DNA from: a virus | DNA length: 64,000 bases | Strand: one strand, 5' to 3' | IMG/VR virus record: IMGVR_UViG_3300008954_000029 | Location: 20,663-84,662 of that record | Shown here: positions 7,775 through 17,313 of the stretch, in pieces | How positions within the stretch are numbered: the first letter of the stretch is position 1 | Layout of the letters: each line of letters begins with the position of its first letter | The notes under the pieces: generated by a model | What the model saw: only the letters and a program-made list of their open reading frames with translations | The model's database searches: none | Told to the model about the DNA's origin: nothing | Translations under genes and position numbers: made by a program

Positions 7775-10183
7775 TCACCCTCCTTCACTAAAGACTTCCC
7801 TCATCAGAGCCTCAGCCTTTTCCTTATAAGTATCGTGCTGTGCCTCATAAGAGGGATTTAATAGTTTGTGGATCTCCTGAATCTGTCGCTCTTGAACATC
7901 GGCTACGCCCAACTGGTATTGTGGATCGGACAATTCTGGATAGTCAATGTTGTTGAGAGCTTTTGTGATCGTAACTTGCAGAAGTTGCTGTATCTTGTTA
8001 AAGACCTCTTGTTGATCAAGATACTTGGCGAAGTTCATAACGATTTGTGCGTCTTCCTCGGTGGCCTTGAAACCTTCTTGGTGCTCCATGTCCATAATCA
8101 GATCAATTGTTATGTACCATTTGGGCACTACATACTTCTTTCCGCCCTCTTCCTCAACGTGCGCACCTCGGAAGCCGGCTGAATCGGCGCGGGGAAGCAC
8201 TAGCACACTCACATTATCGTCGCGGCCAAACCCCAATTCCTCTGCGGCCTTTTGCCAGGTCTCTTCTTCCCGTTTCTCAGCAGCCTCCTCATCACCGCCA
8301 AAGGGAAGTTCCATCTGCCTAGTGAGGTCGTCCAAGGTTTGGCTCAAAGTATCTTCAAGAACGCCAACAACACGATCACCGATCAACTTCTTTGTATGAC
8401 CGTGGCGCTCCAAGAAGGTGAAGACGTCGCTCAGAACTGCTTGTGGATTGGGTGCGTCAAGTATCCACTGGGGGATTTCAATACGGGGACGCAGTTGGGC
8501 GGAAAAAGAGACTTCTTCGTTATCGTATTCAACTTCAAAGTTGTCTAACTCAAGATCTTCAAATACCTTTACATACTTCTGTACGTCCGGGGACCAGATC
8601 GCACCGTGCTCAACGAAAGCATTCCTCAATGCCTTTTCGTCTCGCATTATGTCTTCCAGCTTCCGATCATAGTCGGCCATCCTGTCCAGGAAGTTTTCGT
8701 AACCTTCTAGGCCTGAGGCCTCCCTGTAATCGTCGGGCCTAAACTCAATTCGCACGGCCTCGTCGTACCTATCCCACTCTGCCCCATCGACATAGATCCC
8801 TTCTTCATCGAGAATCTTCTCAATCGCCGTGACGAACTTTTCTTCGTCTAAAACACTCTCCTCTGCCACATCCGGTTCAAAGCTCCACCCACCTTCCCAG
8901 CTCGAATAGCCTTCGTCGAGGTGGTGCTGGACCCACAAATGGGCGAAATCATACTCGCGCAGCTTTCTATTAAAGTCTTCCGGGTCGGGCCCGCCGGGGT
9001 TGTCCTGGTGGTGTTGTGCCGTTAAACCTATGATGTCGCCGGATTGTTCGTCCACCAGTTCTTCGACCAGAGACGCCAACTCAGTGAGGTCGTCCAAACT
9101 TATCTCTGTTAGATCAAGCCCATAACCTTCGGCCCACAATCTCCAAAACTCGATGCCGCCTTGACCCTCACTCAGACCCTCTAATGCCTCTTGGGCGAAG
9201 TCGTATCCCGCGTCTTCGGCAAACTGCTCAGGATTTTTCTTTTTGAGCTTTTTATAAGAGTCTATACCATTCAGTCCCTTGTAAAAGACGTTAAGCCTGG
9301 CGGCATTATGGATGCCGCCGGAGCCAATCTCATCGTCAGCGCGATCCCAAACTGTGTCTGGCTCTCCATAACTGTTGGGGTCGTAGACCAGGGCCAACTT
9401 CCTATCATCAAAATCTTGCGGAATGTGTTTGAAGGTGACGAAATAAAACGCGGCGCCCTTATCCCGATAGTCGTTAAAGTGATTATAAGCTTCGGTGTAT
9501 GCGATACACCACTTCGTTCCTTGGCCGAAATAACAAGCAGCCTCTTCGCTCTCTGGGCGTAGAATTCCATAGTCATCGGTGTCCTCTATGTATTCTGTGG
9601 TGCTTCTGGCCTCTTCACGCATACGCTCCATCTGATCACGCCTGGTCTCTTCCCGTTCGGCCTCGTATACTGCGGTCTGTATTTCATAGGTATCTTCAAA
9701 TTCATCAATAGATTTCTTAATCAGGCCTCGTTCCGAGTATTTGTGGAATTTCGGAAGGGCCCGGACAAGGCGATCGCCGTGTTCTCTTATGTAGCGCCCA
9801 AGAGAAGTAGCGTCCTCTGTATCAAGCAACTCGTTGCCGGCTTCAAGCGTTGCCTGGGCTTTGGCACTTAGGCGTGGAGAGAGATGTCTGAAAGTCTCTT
9901 TTGTCCAGTCTTTAAGATACTTCGCGAACCAAGGAAGGTATTTATTTTTACCACTAGGATCAGCCTCCGACGCCGCTTTAAGCGCCGATGTGACGGCGTC
10001 GGTCACAATTTCCAACGCCTCTGGCTTAATGTGAGGCATAACGTCTCTGTCGATAATCTTCTTCCAGTTCGTAGCAGAAGCCACCGCATCAGTGTAGCGA
10101 CTCTCAATTAATAATTGTTCGTCAATAGTGATAGGGTTGGCCGAAAAAGAACGCCAACTATCAAAGACACTTTTCATTCCCAT
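7775..10183 (-). CDS. large acidic hypothetical protein, putative capsid-packaged protein
   Basis: 802 aa; leader ..SWRSF..LLIE; conserved-looking AACYFGQGTKWCI motif; preceded by ACTATTTA. Confidence 0.6.
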   Translation of the reverse strand: MGMKSVFDSWRSFSANPITIDEQLLIESRYTDAVASATNWKKIIDRDVMPHIKPEALEIVTDAVTSALKAASEADPSGKNKYLPWFAKYLKDWTKETFRHLSPRLSAKAQATLEAGNELLDTEDATSLGRYIREHGDRLVRALPKFHKYSERGLIKKSIDEFEDTYEIQTAVYEAEREETRRDQMERMREEARSTTEYIEDTDDYGILRPESEEAACYFGQGTKWCIAYTEAYNHFNDYRDKGAAFYFVTFKHIPQDFDDRKLALVYDPNSYGEPDTVWDRADDEIGSGGIHNAARLNVFYKGLNGIDSYKKLKKKNPEQFAEDAGYDFAQEALEGLSEGQGGIEFWRLWAEGYGLDLTEISLDDLTELASLVEELVDEQSGDIIGLTAQHHQDNPGGPDPEDFNRKLREYDFAHLWVQHHLDEGYSSWEGGWSFEPDVAEESVLDEEKFVTAIEKILDEEGIYVDGAEWDRYDEAVRIEFRPDDYREASGLEGYENFLDRMADYDRKLEDIMRDEKALRNAFVEHGAIWSPDVQKYVKVFEDLELDNFEVEYDNEEVSFSAQLRPRIEIPQWILDAPNPQAVLSDVFTFLERHGHTKKLIGDRVVGVLEDTLSQTLDDLTRQMELPFGGDEEAAEKREEETWQKAAEELGFGRDDNVSVLVLPRADSAGFRGAHVEEEGGKKYVVPKWYITIDLIMDMEHQEGFKATEEDAQIVMNFAKYLDQQEVFNKIQQLLQVTITKALNNIDYPELSDPQYQLGVADVQERQIQEIHKLLNPSYEAQHDTYKEKAEALMREVFSEGG

Positions 10184-10206
10184 TTTTATATTATACTCCC
10201 GTCCTA

Positions 10207-10214
10207 TAAATAGT
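10207..10214 (-). promoter_or_regulatory. putative late promoter ACTATTTA
   Basis: recurrent motif; 15-bp context identical to the copy at 37547. Confidence 0.65.
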
Positions 10215-10234
10215 TTAAAACATTACTATAACAT

Positions 10235-10263
10235 AAAAAAAGAGCCCCCCGAATGGGGGGCTC
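10235..10263 (-). terminator. rho-independent terminator after hsp20
   Basis: GAGCCCCCC-ATTC-GGGGGGCTC followed by T7. Confidence 0.9.
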
Positions 10264-10294
10264 AAAGAGGACTAATGTCTTGTTACTGTCGTTT

Positions 10295-10690
10295 TTAACT
10301 AACTGGAATGCTAGTAGTCGTGGTGTCAACCTCAGGTCGCGCAATCGTGACCATCAGAATGCCGTTCTCGTAAGTCGCCGTGATGTCATCGGGCGTCGCT
10401 CCCTCGGCAACACGCCAAGAGCGAGTGTAAGAACTCTTCGTGAAGTAAGTATCATCATCCTCAGCGGCCGCGTAGCCGATGGTGATGGTATTGTTGGACA
10501 GATCAACGTTGAAGCTGGACTGTGCTACCCCTGGTGCGGCAACACTAATCTCTGTACGATTGTCGAAATGCTCAACACGCACTTGACGATTGGTGAAGGT
10601 GGGTGTGCGTGTAATAGTGGTGGGACGGAAAAAATCTTCAAAGATTCCGAAGAGTGGGTCGGCATTGGCGTATCGAACTAGGTTATTCAT
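10295..10690 (-). CDS. small heat shock protein (Hsp20/alpha-crystallin)
   Basis: APG motif, ATYENGILMVTI, C-terminal IPV. Confidence 0.9.
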   Translation of the reverse strand: MNNLVRYANADPLFGIFEDFFRPTTITRTPTFTNRQVRVEHFDNRTEISVAAPGVAQSSFNVDLSNNTITIGYAAAEDDDTYFTKSSYTRSWRVAEGATPDDITATYENGILMVTIARPEVDTTTTSIPVS

Positions 10691-10743
10691 TTGTTTGGTT
10701 CCTCCTGTTTTACAGTTCGTTTTAGTCCTCTCGGGACACTTAT

Positions 10744-10772
10744 AATATAAGCACCGTCAAAAAGGATGTCAA
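10744..10772 (-). promoter_or_regulatory. sigma70-like promoter
   Basis: TTGACA-17-TATATT upstream of hsp20. Confidence 0.75.
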
Positions 10773-10790
10773 GAGGTTTTTTAAAAAAAG

Positions 10791-11117
10791 TCACTGTTCG
10801 ATCAAAGAGACGTTATAATCCCTTCTCAGCAGGCGTACGCCAGATGCCATTGCCCGGGTAAAAGAGGTGATAGGGTTTAGATCCTCTTTTGTAAGATACA
10901 CCTCATCGCCCGGTTCAATTCCGTACATGTACTCATCAATGACAAAATTCAAGTTTCCAGCGACAGCGTAAATCTCCATCAAATACGTGAGATAAAGATC
11001 ATCGGTTCGAAACGGAGCCTCTAGGAGCGCACAGATGCGCTCCTGGTATCGAAGAGAAGATTCTCGTATCTCCTCCAAGGAAGAGCGGGAAGGGATCGCC
11101 AGAGGCTCTCCTGTCAT
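10791..11117 (-). CDS. hypothetical protein
   Basis: 108 aa ORF, ATGA overlap. Confidence 0.55.
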   Translation of the reverse strand: MTGEPLAIPSRSSLEEIRESSLRYQERICALLEAPFRTDDLYLTYLMEIYAVAGNLNFVIDEYMYGIEPGDEVYLTKEDLNPITSFTRAMASGVRLLRRDYNVSLIEQ

Positions 11118-11560
11118 CTTTTGAGAGCAGTTCCGGAAAAAGCCTTAACCTTTCTGTTGTCCGTCAAGGCTACGATTGCCAAATACTTGCCGTCTTCATC
11201 TTCCCGGATGTGTACTCTCCCTTCTTCCGTAATCCGCTTACGGCCCTTGGGGCGCTCCCAACTGGGGATCTTACTGAAGTATAGTCGGAGATTGCCGTAG
11301 GGAGGGCTCTTCTTTCGGCGGCCGCGCTTTGGCTGTTTAATAATGTTCAGAAACTCGACACAACCCAAGGCAATCTCTTGTGGCTCTCGCTCTTGTGACA
11401 GAAGCTCTTCAAGGTTCTCTACCTCAATGCGAAGCCCCACAGGGAAAGTCTTACTTCCAATACCAGGGGCGTTATTGTACCATGTCCTCAGATAATGGCC
11501 AACCTTAGGCTTGCCATTCTTTTCCGAAAGAACTTTCAACTTACATTCAATCGGTTCCAT
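11114..11560 (-). CDS. basic hypothetical protein
   Basis: 148 aa ORF in operon. Confidence 0.55.
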   Translation of the reverse strand: MEPIECKLKVLSEKNGKPKVGHYLRTWYNNAPGIGSKTFPVGLRIEVENLEELLSQEREPQEIALGCVEFLNIIKQPKRGRRKKSPPYGNLRLYFSKIPSWERPKGRKRITEEGRVHIREDEDGKYLAIVALTDNRKVKAFSGTALKR

Positions 11561-11564
11561 AACT

Positions 11565-11900
11565 CTACCCCTTCAAAAGTCGGCTTCGGGTCTTGAAGAT
11601 CTTCTCTTCCACAACATCAGGCGAGCCCACAACTACCACGTCCAACCCGGAGTTGCCCCGGTTCATATGGATGCGTGTGAAACTCTGCCCTTGATCCAAG
11701 TCAGGCATCCTTCCCTCACGCAAATGTTGCTTCACAGCCTCGTCGGCGCGCAAACACACCACTTGGTCTGAATTTACAAAAACTTCTCTCAAAGAATAAC
11801 TTACCTCAGGCAGAGTACCAAGTGTTTGGGCCTCCTTCTTCGGCACTACCTCAATCAGTTTGACTATCATTTTCCTCTGTTGTCGTAGGGTTAATAACAT
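11565..11900 (-). CDS. hypothetical protein, FlbD-like pattern (probable start at MIVKL)
   Basis: VFVNSDQVV...TRIHM...VVVGSPDVVEEKI resembles the FlbD family layout. Confidence 0.45.
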   Translation of the reverse strand: MLLTLRQQRKMIVKLIEVVPKKEAQTLGTLPEVSYSLREVFVNSDQVVCLRADEAVKQHLREGRMPDLDQGQSFTRIHMNRGNSGLDVVVVGSPDVVEEKIFKTRSRLLKG

Positions 11901-12156
11901 TGTTGTATCCAGACAAGATCATCTGGATATCCTCCAACTTCACATCTATGTTGAAGAGTTGTTGACGCAACATAGCCACGTTCTGCTGGGCTGTGTCAAG
12001 GTTCTCTCCGGTGTCTGACGCACTGGTGACCGTTGCGGTAACAGGGTCACACAGAGTCAAACTATCAACCACCTGATTCTTGATGGTTTCCATCATCTGT
12101 TGAAGGTGAGTCGATAGTTCGGCGACGTCAATGGTTTCTGCGATTTTGATTTTCAC
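11851..12156 (-). CDS. coiled-coil hypothetical protein
   Basis: GTG start with AGGAG SD; downstream of sigma70-like promoter. Confidence 0.6.
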   Translation of the reverse strand: MKIKIAETIDVAELSTHLQQMMETIKNQVVDSLTLCDPVTATVTSASDTGENLDTAQQNVAMLRQQLFNIDVKLEDIQMILSGYNNVINPTTTEENDSQTD

Positions 12157-12179
12157 GATTTTCTCCTAAATCTAGAATC

Positions 12180-12208
12180 AGTATACCAAGAAAATGTACA
12201 CTAGTCAA
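12180..12208 (-). promoter_or_regulatory. sigma70-like promoter
   Basis: TTGACT-17-TATACT. Confidence 0.75.
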
Positions 12209-12211
12209 GTA

Positions 12212-12505
12212 TTAATTTACAATTTGTTTCTGAAAGACAGCGAATGCTAATGTGACGCAACCTACGATAATCATCCACATTATTTTAGTTGTGTTTGACC
12301 TGAACGATTCAAGTCCTTTGATGCGCGCATCCAACTCTCGGAGGCGAGCATAGAGTCCCACGTCAGGGTGGTAGACTGCCTCCTTGATTCTGGAAACATC
12401 CTCACCCAACGCAATTTGCTTCTCTTTGATGGTATCAATACCATCAATAATGTGCTGAATTTGGCCCTTAATCTCAATTAGGGTAACACTTTGATGATCA
12501 TCCAT
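12212..12505 (-). CDS. coiled coil + C-terminal TM helix protein (holin/XhlA-like)
   Basis: single C-terminal hydrophobic helix IMWMIIVGCVTLAFAVF; preceded by ACTATTTA. Confidence 0.5.
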   Translation of the reverse strand: MDDHQSVTLIEIKGQIQHIIDGIDTIKEKQIALGEDVSRIKEAVYHPDVGLYARLRELDARIKGLESFRSNTTKIMWMIIVGCVTLAFAVFQKQIVN

Positions 12506-12513
12506 AGCACTTT

Positions 12514-12521
12514 TAAATAGT
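12514..12521 (-). promoter_or_regulatory. putative late promoter ACTATTTA
   Basis: recurrent motif 8 nt upstream of ATG. Confidence 0.6.
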
Positions 12522-14090
12522 CTAATCTTCTATAATAGCATAGTTGGTTGTGATTAATGTTCCTGCTACGGAGGCGGCGTTTTGCAACGCGCACCTTGTC
12601 ACCTTTGTTGGATCAACAACGCCATGCTTAATCATGTCGGCAATCTCCCCACTCTGATAATCGTACCCTAGTGGCCCCTCTTCTGCCTCAACCAAAGAGA
12701 CAACCAAGTCAGGCGAATGGCCCGCGTTCAATGCCATCTGGCGCAGAGGAGCCTTCACAGCGTCCAGCACGATGTCTACGCCAAGGCGCTGCGATTCGGT
12801 CTCAGTCTCCACGCTAAGGTCCTTAATGGCCCGCAGGAGGGCCACCCCTCCCCCTGGTACAATACCTTCCTGCTGAGCGGATCTGACGGCCTCCAAGGCA
12901 TCCTCAATGCGGTGCCTCTTCTCAATCATTTCAATCTCCGTAGGAGCACCAACCTTGATGATAGCAACGCCACTGAGGAGGCGTGTGATGCGCTCTTGGA
13001 TTCTCTCGCATTCTTTGAGATTGTCTGTCTCTTGTAGAGCCACCTTGAGAGTCTCAATCCTCTCGTCAATCGCCTCAAAGTCTCCCTTCGCATCAACAAC
13101 GGTTGTTAAATTCTTTCCAACCTCAATTGACTTAGCTGTGCCAAGATGTTCTAGCTTCACCTCCGCAAGATCTATTCGGGATTGCTTAGTGATAAAGGTT
13201 GCTCCTGTCGCCACTGCTAAGTCAGCCAGGATGCTTCTACGCTCCTCGCCATAGCGAGGTGCCTTCACGGCAGCAACCTTCATAGTGCCTCTCACCGCAT
13301 TCATAATCAGAGCAGCGAGGGCTTGGCCCTCAACCTCTTCTGCGACGATGATGAAAGGGCGGCCCTCCCGGGCTACGATCTCCAACAGCGGGAGGATCTC
13401 TTCCACAGTTTCTATCTTGCTGTCGCACACCAAGATGAGGGGATCCTCGTATTGTACGACACCCCTGCGCTCGTTGTTGACGAAAGCACCAGCGGCATAG
13501 CCAGAGTCAAAGCGGAAACCCTCAACGATGTCCAGGGAGGTATCAACGGACTTGGCTTCCTCAATGGTGACTGAGCCGTCCTTGCCCGCTTGGTCAATGG
13601 CCATTGCGACGAGGTTGCCGATTGATGTATCACCATTAGCAGAAATGGTCGCGACGTGCTCAATGTCGTTCTTGCTGGTGATAGGCTGGGAAAGGTTCTC
13701 CAACCGAAGGGAGATCTCCTTCACGGCCTTATCAATTCCCCGCTTCAACTCAACGGGCGACGAGCCAGCCAAAAGATACTTTTGAGCGTTGATGTAGATG
13801 GCTCGGGCTAACACGGTGGCCGTAGTGGTCCCATCGCCAGCATCAATGTTCGTCTTTTCTGACGCCTGTTTAATAATCTGTGCGCCAGCATTCTCAAAGG
13901 GATCTGAAAGATCAACAAACTTTGCGACTGTTACGCCGTCCTTGGTGATTATTGGGTTCTTGCCCTTCTGATGAAGGATTACATTGCGACCCAACGGCCC
14001 AAGCGTTGACGCAACATTGTTTGTGAGCTTATTGACTCCCTCTAAAATCTTGTTCTGTAATTCTTGGTTAGAACTATACTCTCTGGACAC
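12522..14090 (-). CDS. groEL: chaperonin GroEL (no GGM tail)
   Basis: TLGPLGRNV, ITKDGVTVA, AGDGTTTATVLA, GIVPGGG. Confidence 0.97.
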   Translation of the reverse strand: MSREYSSNQELQNKILEGVNKLTNNVASTLGPLGRNVILHQKGKNPIITKDGVTVAKFVDLSDPFENAGAQIIKQASEKTNIDAGDGTTTATVLARAIYINAQKYLLAGSSPVELKRGIDKAVKEISLRLENLSQPITSKNDIEHVATISANGDTSIGNLVAMAIDQAGKDGSVTIEEAKSVDTSLDIVEGFRFDSGYAAGAFVNNERRGVVQYEDPLILVCDSKIETVEEILPLLEIVAREGRPFIIVAEEVEGQALAALIMNAVRGTMKVAAVKAPRYGEERRSILADLAVATGATFITKQSRIDLAEVKLEHLGTAKSIEVGKNLTTVVDAKGDFEAIDERIETLKVALQETDNLKECERIQERITRLLSGVAIIKVGAPTEIEMIEKRHRIEDALEAVRSAQQEGIVPGGGVALLRAIKDLSVETETESQRLGVDIVLDAVKAPLRQMALNAGHSPDLVVSLVEAEEGPLGYDYQSGEIADMIKHGVVDPTKVTRCALQNAASVAGTLITTNYAIIED

Positions 14091-14111
14091 ACTTCCTCCT
14101 GTGGTAAGTTT

Positions 14112-14140
14112 ATAGTAACACGAGTTATTAGGAATTTAAA
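14112..14140 (-). promoter_or_regulatory. sigma70-like promoter (extended -10)
   Basis: TTTAAA-17-TACTAT with TGn extension upstream of groEL. Confidence 0.5.
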
Positions 14141-14145
14141 TGGAT

Positions 14146-15738
14146 TTATATTTCTTTGACGCCCTTTTCTGGGTCGGTAATCAAATCATTCAACTCTTCG
14201 GAGGCTCGCACCGCAGTCTGCCCATAAGCAAACCGATTGCCTCCTTGCGGGGTAAGGTAGTAGCCCGTGATCCCCTGGGTGAGCGTGTCTAGGGCTGCGA
14301 AAATCGAGACAACAGTATCTTTTAATGAATCGGTGTATTCCTCAGCCAGCCTTAGGGCGTTCTCTCTATCAATCTGTAAATAACCGAGTCTCACCTTCTT
14401 ATACACATCGGGCAGAGCTTTCTTGAGGACATCGCTTGAGTTTATCTCAAACTGCGACACTTTGGATTCTGTTAGCAAATCTTCTGAGGTCGGATTAGTG
14501 GACTCCATTCTGATGCCGCGGCGGGCGGCCAACTGCCGGCCCCACTCCCGAGGATCCTCCGCATACAACTCTCTGAAGTATTCGATGTCCTGTGTGGCTG
14601 TATCACTCACCTCTGCTTCGCTCTCACCCCTGAAATCTCCCAACTCATGGTCCGCTGGGAAATCCATAGTCTTGAAGAACTTTCTCCGCCTTGCGACGAC
14701 GGCGCCCAACTCATCCAGAGACATTTCGTTCATCTGCTGGTCTGTCAGATCAAACTCCGCAGGGGCCTTGTACCCGAAATCCTGTGCTGCCTTCTTAATC
14801 ATTCGCACACCCTTCTTGGCCTCAGCGGATAGCAGCTTCGCCAACATCTTTGGACCTATGCGCTGTTGAAAGGCTATGGCCGCTTTAACAAATTCTCGGG
14901 CGGCGGCCTGCTTTTTCATGATCTTTTCTACCTTGCTTCCAGCTATGTCTCGGCGGTGCGTCAAGCGAGGATCGGCGGCTTCCGACAATTGAATCTGAAA
15001 GTCCAACTCGTTGGCCAGCCAATAATAAATGTTTTCTGGGTCGATAATGAAAGAATAAAAAGAAACCCCTTTTGTATCGTCTTTTCCGAATTTATACACA
15101 CAAAGATACTCGATGCCTTCCCGACCATCCGGACCAGAAAGGAACCCAATTAAGTTCTTGATACTGCCCTTTACAGGTGTTGTCGGTACAAGCAGTTTAA
15201 GTGAGATGGGCTTCCCCTCGGCATCCCTCAAATCGTCAATCTGAAGCTCGCCGTCAGCCTTTTCTACCTGCTGTGTTCCCCTAAGCAGTCCCGCAAGAAA
15301 CGCTTCAAACAAGAAGCCGGCGCCGGAGGGGGAGAAGTTATTAACAACTGTCGACAAGAGATCCAAAAACATCAAGTTAGAAAGGATCTCGTGTGTTTCG
15401 TACTTTTCCGGGCGAACCCTTTCAGTGAAAAGGTTGAGGTATCTCAGCTTATCCTCAATGGTCGACCCAGGGATGTTGTTCATGTAAGCTTCGAACTGTT
15501 GGCGGGCATCTGTGTCCTTTTGCCCCCAGGCTTCACTTATCTCAAACTTTGGCAGCATGTCCAAGAACGACTTAGACATGTCCTCTATTTTGGTCGACAT
15601 GGTTGACTGTGCGTGAGCGGCGTCCTCGCTCATGGCCTGCTCAACCATTTCTAGGAGCGTGGCCATGTTAAGGAGAGTCTTCTTTCTTGGCTTGAAATAT
15701 TCTTCTACAAGAAGATCGAGGTCTTTGCTACTTTCCAT
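14146..15738 (-). CDS. hypothetical protein with possible PD-(D/E)xK-like nuclease domain, putative virion cargo
   Basis: AGFLFEAFLAGL..QIDD..PISLK pattern; AMSE, QLSE, LLTE putative cleavage sites; ACTATTTA upstream. Confidence 0.45.
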   Translation of the reverse strand: MESSKDLDLLVEEYFKPRKKTLLNMATLLEMVEQAMSEDAAHAQSTMSTKIEDMSKSFLDMLPKFEISEAWGQKDTDARQQFEAYMNNIPGSTIEDKLRYLNLFTERVRPEKYETHEILSNLMFLDLLSTVVNNFSPSGAGFLFEAFLAGLLRGTQQVEKADGELQIDDLRDAEGKPISLKLLVPTTPVKGSIKNLIGFLSGPDGREGIEYLCVYKFGKDDTKGVSFYSFIIDPENIYYWLANELDFQIQLSEAADPRLTHRRDIAGSKVEKIMKKQAAAREFVKAAIAFQQRIGPKMLAKLLSAEAKKGVRMIKKAAQDFGYKAPAEFDLTDQQMNEMSLDELGAVVARRRKFFKTMDFPADHELGDFRGESEAEVSDTATQDIEYFRELYAEDPREWGRQLAARRGIRMESTNPTSEDLLTESKVSQFEINSSDVLKKALPDVYKKVRLGYLQIDRENALRLAEEYTDSLKDTVVSIFAALDTLTQGITGYYLTPQGGNRFAYGQTAVRASEELNDLITDPEKGVKEI

Positions 15739-15743
15739 GCTAC

Positions 15744-15751
15744 TAAATAGT
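15744..15751 (-). promoter_or_regulatory. putative late promoter ACTATTTA
   Basis: recurrent motif 5 nt upstream of ATG. Confidence 0.6.
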
Positions 15752-15752
15752 T

Positions 15753-16694
15753 TTATTCTTCGTTAAGTTCTTTAATAATTTCGCCGAGTTTCAGGCCTGC
15801 GCAGTCAATCTTCTTCTTGGAAAGATTGAAGTGACAAACCACTCCTTTGAAGAGGCCCTTCGCCGAATCTACGTGGTATCGCGTAATGTAGTCGCCCTTG
15901 GAATCTCGCGGACAAGCAACGGGAATGTTGTAATGCGCGCATAAAACACGCAATAACTCTTGATACGCCTCCAATTGCTTTGGGTAGTACCCTAGGTGCG
16001 GAGGGTGCTTGCGTCCGTGGGTGTAGGACTCATCAAGGATGGGTCGTCGCCCAAAGCCCTTTCTGGTATACCACTTCTGGTACTTCGCATAATAGGCGTT
16101 GCTGAAATCTATCCCAATACTGATGTTATTGGCTCCGCGGGCGTGCCACGCAATGTCGTTGGTGTCCATCATCTGGTAGATGGTGCCGTCATTATCAATC
16201 ACAAAGTGGGAAGAGATTTCTCTCTTCTTCAAAATCTTAAAACAAGAATGTGCTGATAACGCAGCATCCCAATGGGTTACAATCATCGTCGGTGTGCGGC
16301 CGGCGGGAGCCTGTTTGTAACACGCCTCGGGGAGCACAAGAGCACCCTCCTCGGTCATCGTCACAACATTACAGTTGATGGGGACTTGGACGCCATCACA
16401 AACGATGTGATCAACAGTCACCGTCTCTGGGGCAGGTGTCTCCACCACCTCAATGTCTTCTGATTCGCGCTTGGTCATAGCCCTTCTGTATGTAGTTGGG
16501 CCTACCAAACCATCCACAGCCAACTTGTGCTGATTCTGGAAAATCTTAACCTGTCGCACTAGTTCAGAGTCAAAAGTGTCGGCCCCGAACCAGGACGGAT
16601 CCCAGCCGTTCTTCTCCGCTGATTCTTGGTTATATTTAATAATATCTACGAACTTCATTTTTAAACAACTAAATAATTTCGTCCACAATCCCAT
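15753..16694 (-). CDS. N-acetylmuramoyl-L-alanine amidase with PG-binding domain (endolysin)
   Basis: FQNQHKLAVDGLVGPTT PG-binding; IVTHW, SSHFVIDNDG, AWHA, SIGID amidase_2 motifs. Confidence 0.88.
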   Translation of the reverse strand: MGLWTKLFSCLKMKFVDIIKYNQESAEKNGWDPSWFGADTFDSELVRQVKIFQNQHKLAVDGLVGPTTYRRAMTKRESEDIEVVETPAPETVTVDHIVCDGVQVPINCNVVTMTEEGALVLPEACYKQAPAGRTPTMIVTHWDAALSAHSCFKILKKREISSHFVIDNDGTIYQMMDTNDIAWHARGANNISIGIDFSNAYYAKYQKWYTRKGFGRRPILDESYTHGRKHPPHLGYYPKQLEAYQELLRVLCAHYNIPVACPRDSKGDYITRYHVDSAKGLFKGVVCHFNLSKKKIDCAGLKLGEIIKELNEE

Positions 16695-17313
16695 ACTTTA
16701 AAGCCTGCTCAGCGTCAAAATAGACGTTCATCTTCTGGTCTAGAATCTTCTTTATCTGCCTCTTCTTCAACTTGCTCTCTCTCGCCAGGGCTGCGAAGTA
16801 TCTATCCTGCATCCATTTGAACTCATCAAACTCATTCTCCAAACTATAAATGGAGCCGTGATGACCTGCTGAGACGCTGTGGAGCATCAGACGACAATTG
16901 GCGCCGATGCGCCGGCGTCCCTTAGTTCCGGAAGCCAGAAGTAGCACGCCGGCAGACATCACCTCGCCTAGGCCGAGAGTGCCGATTTCACAGTCCTCTC
17001 TGACCACGCGCATTGAGTCGTAGATCGCGAACATATCGGCCGCAGATCCACCACCTGTGCAGATGATGAATTCAATCGGTTCAATGAACTCCTCTTCGGT
17101 CTCCGGATCAATTTCTCTGCCGGTCTCTCTCATCGCAAAAAGAGAATAGACCGTCTCCATACCCTTTTCAGGACCAATGTCTCCATAGAGGCCGATAGTG
17201 CGGATCTGTGGAGGTCCCGGGGGGATGATGATAGGAGGAAGCGAAAAGTCCTCCTCTGGATCGGGCTCTGCGCAGTGATGGCAGTGGCCCGAGACACATT
17301 TTCTGGATTTCAT
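16669..17313 (-). CDS. clpP: ClpP-like protease subunit
   Basis: GGSAADMFAIYD, VMSAGVLLLASG, LMLH, AEQALKYGIVDEII. Confidence 0.9.
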   Translation of the reverse strand: MKSRKCVSGHCHHCAEPDPEEDFSLPPIIIPPGPPQIRTIGLYGDIGPEKGMETVYSLFAMRETGREIDPETEEEFIEPIEFIICTGGGSAADMFAIYDSMRVVREDCEIGTLGLGEVMSAGVLLLASGTKGRRRIGANCRLMLHSVSAGHHGSIYSLENEFDEFKWMQDRYFAALARESKLKKRQIKKILDQKMNVYFDAEQALKYGIVDEII

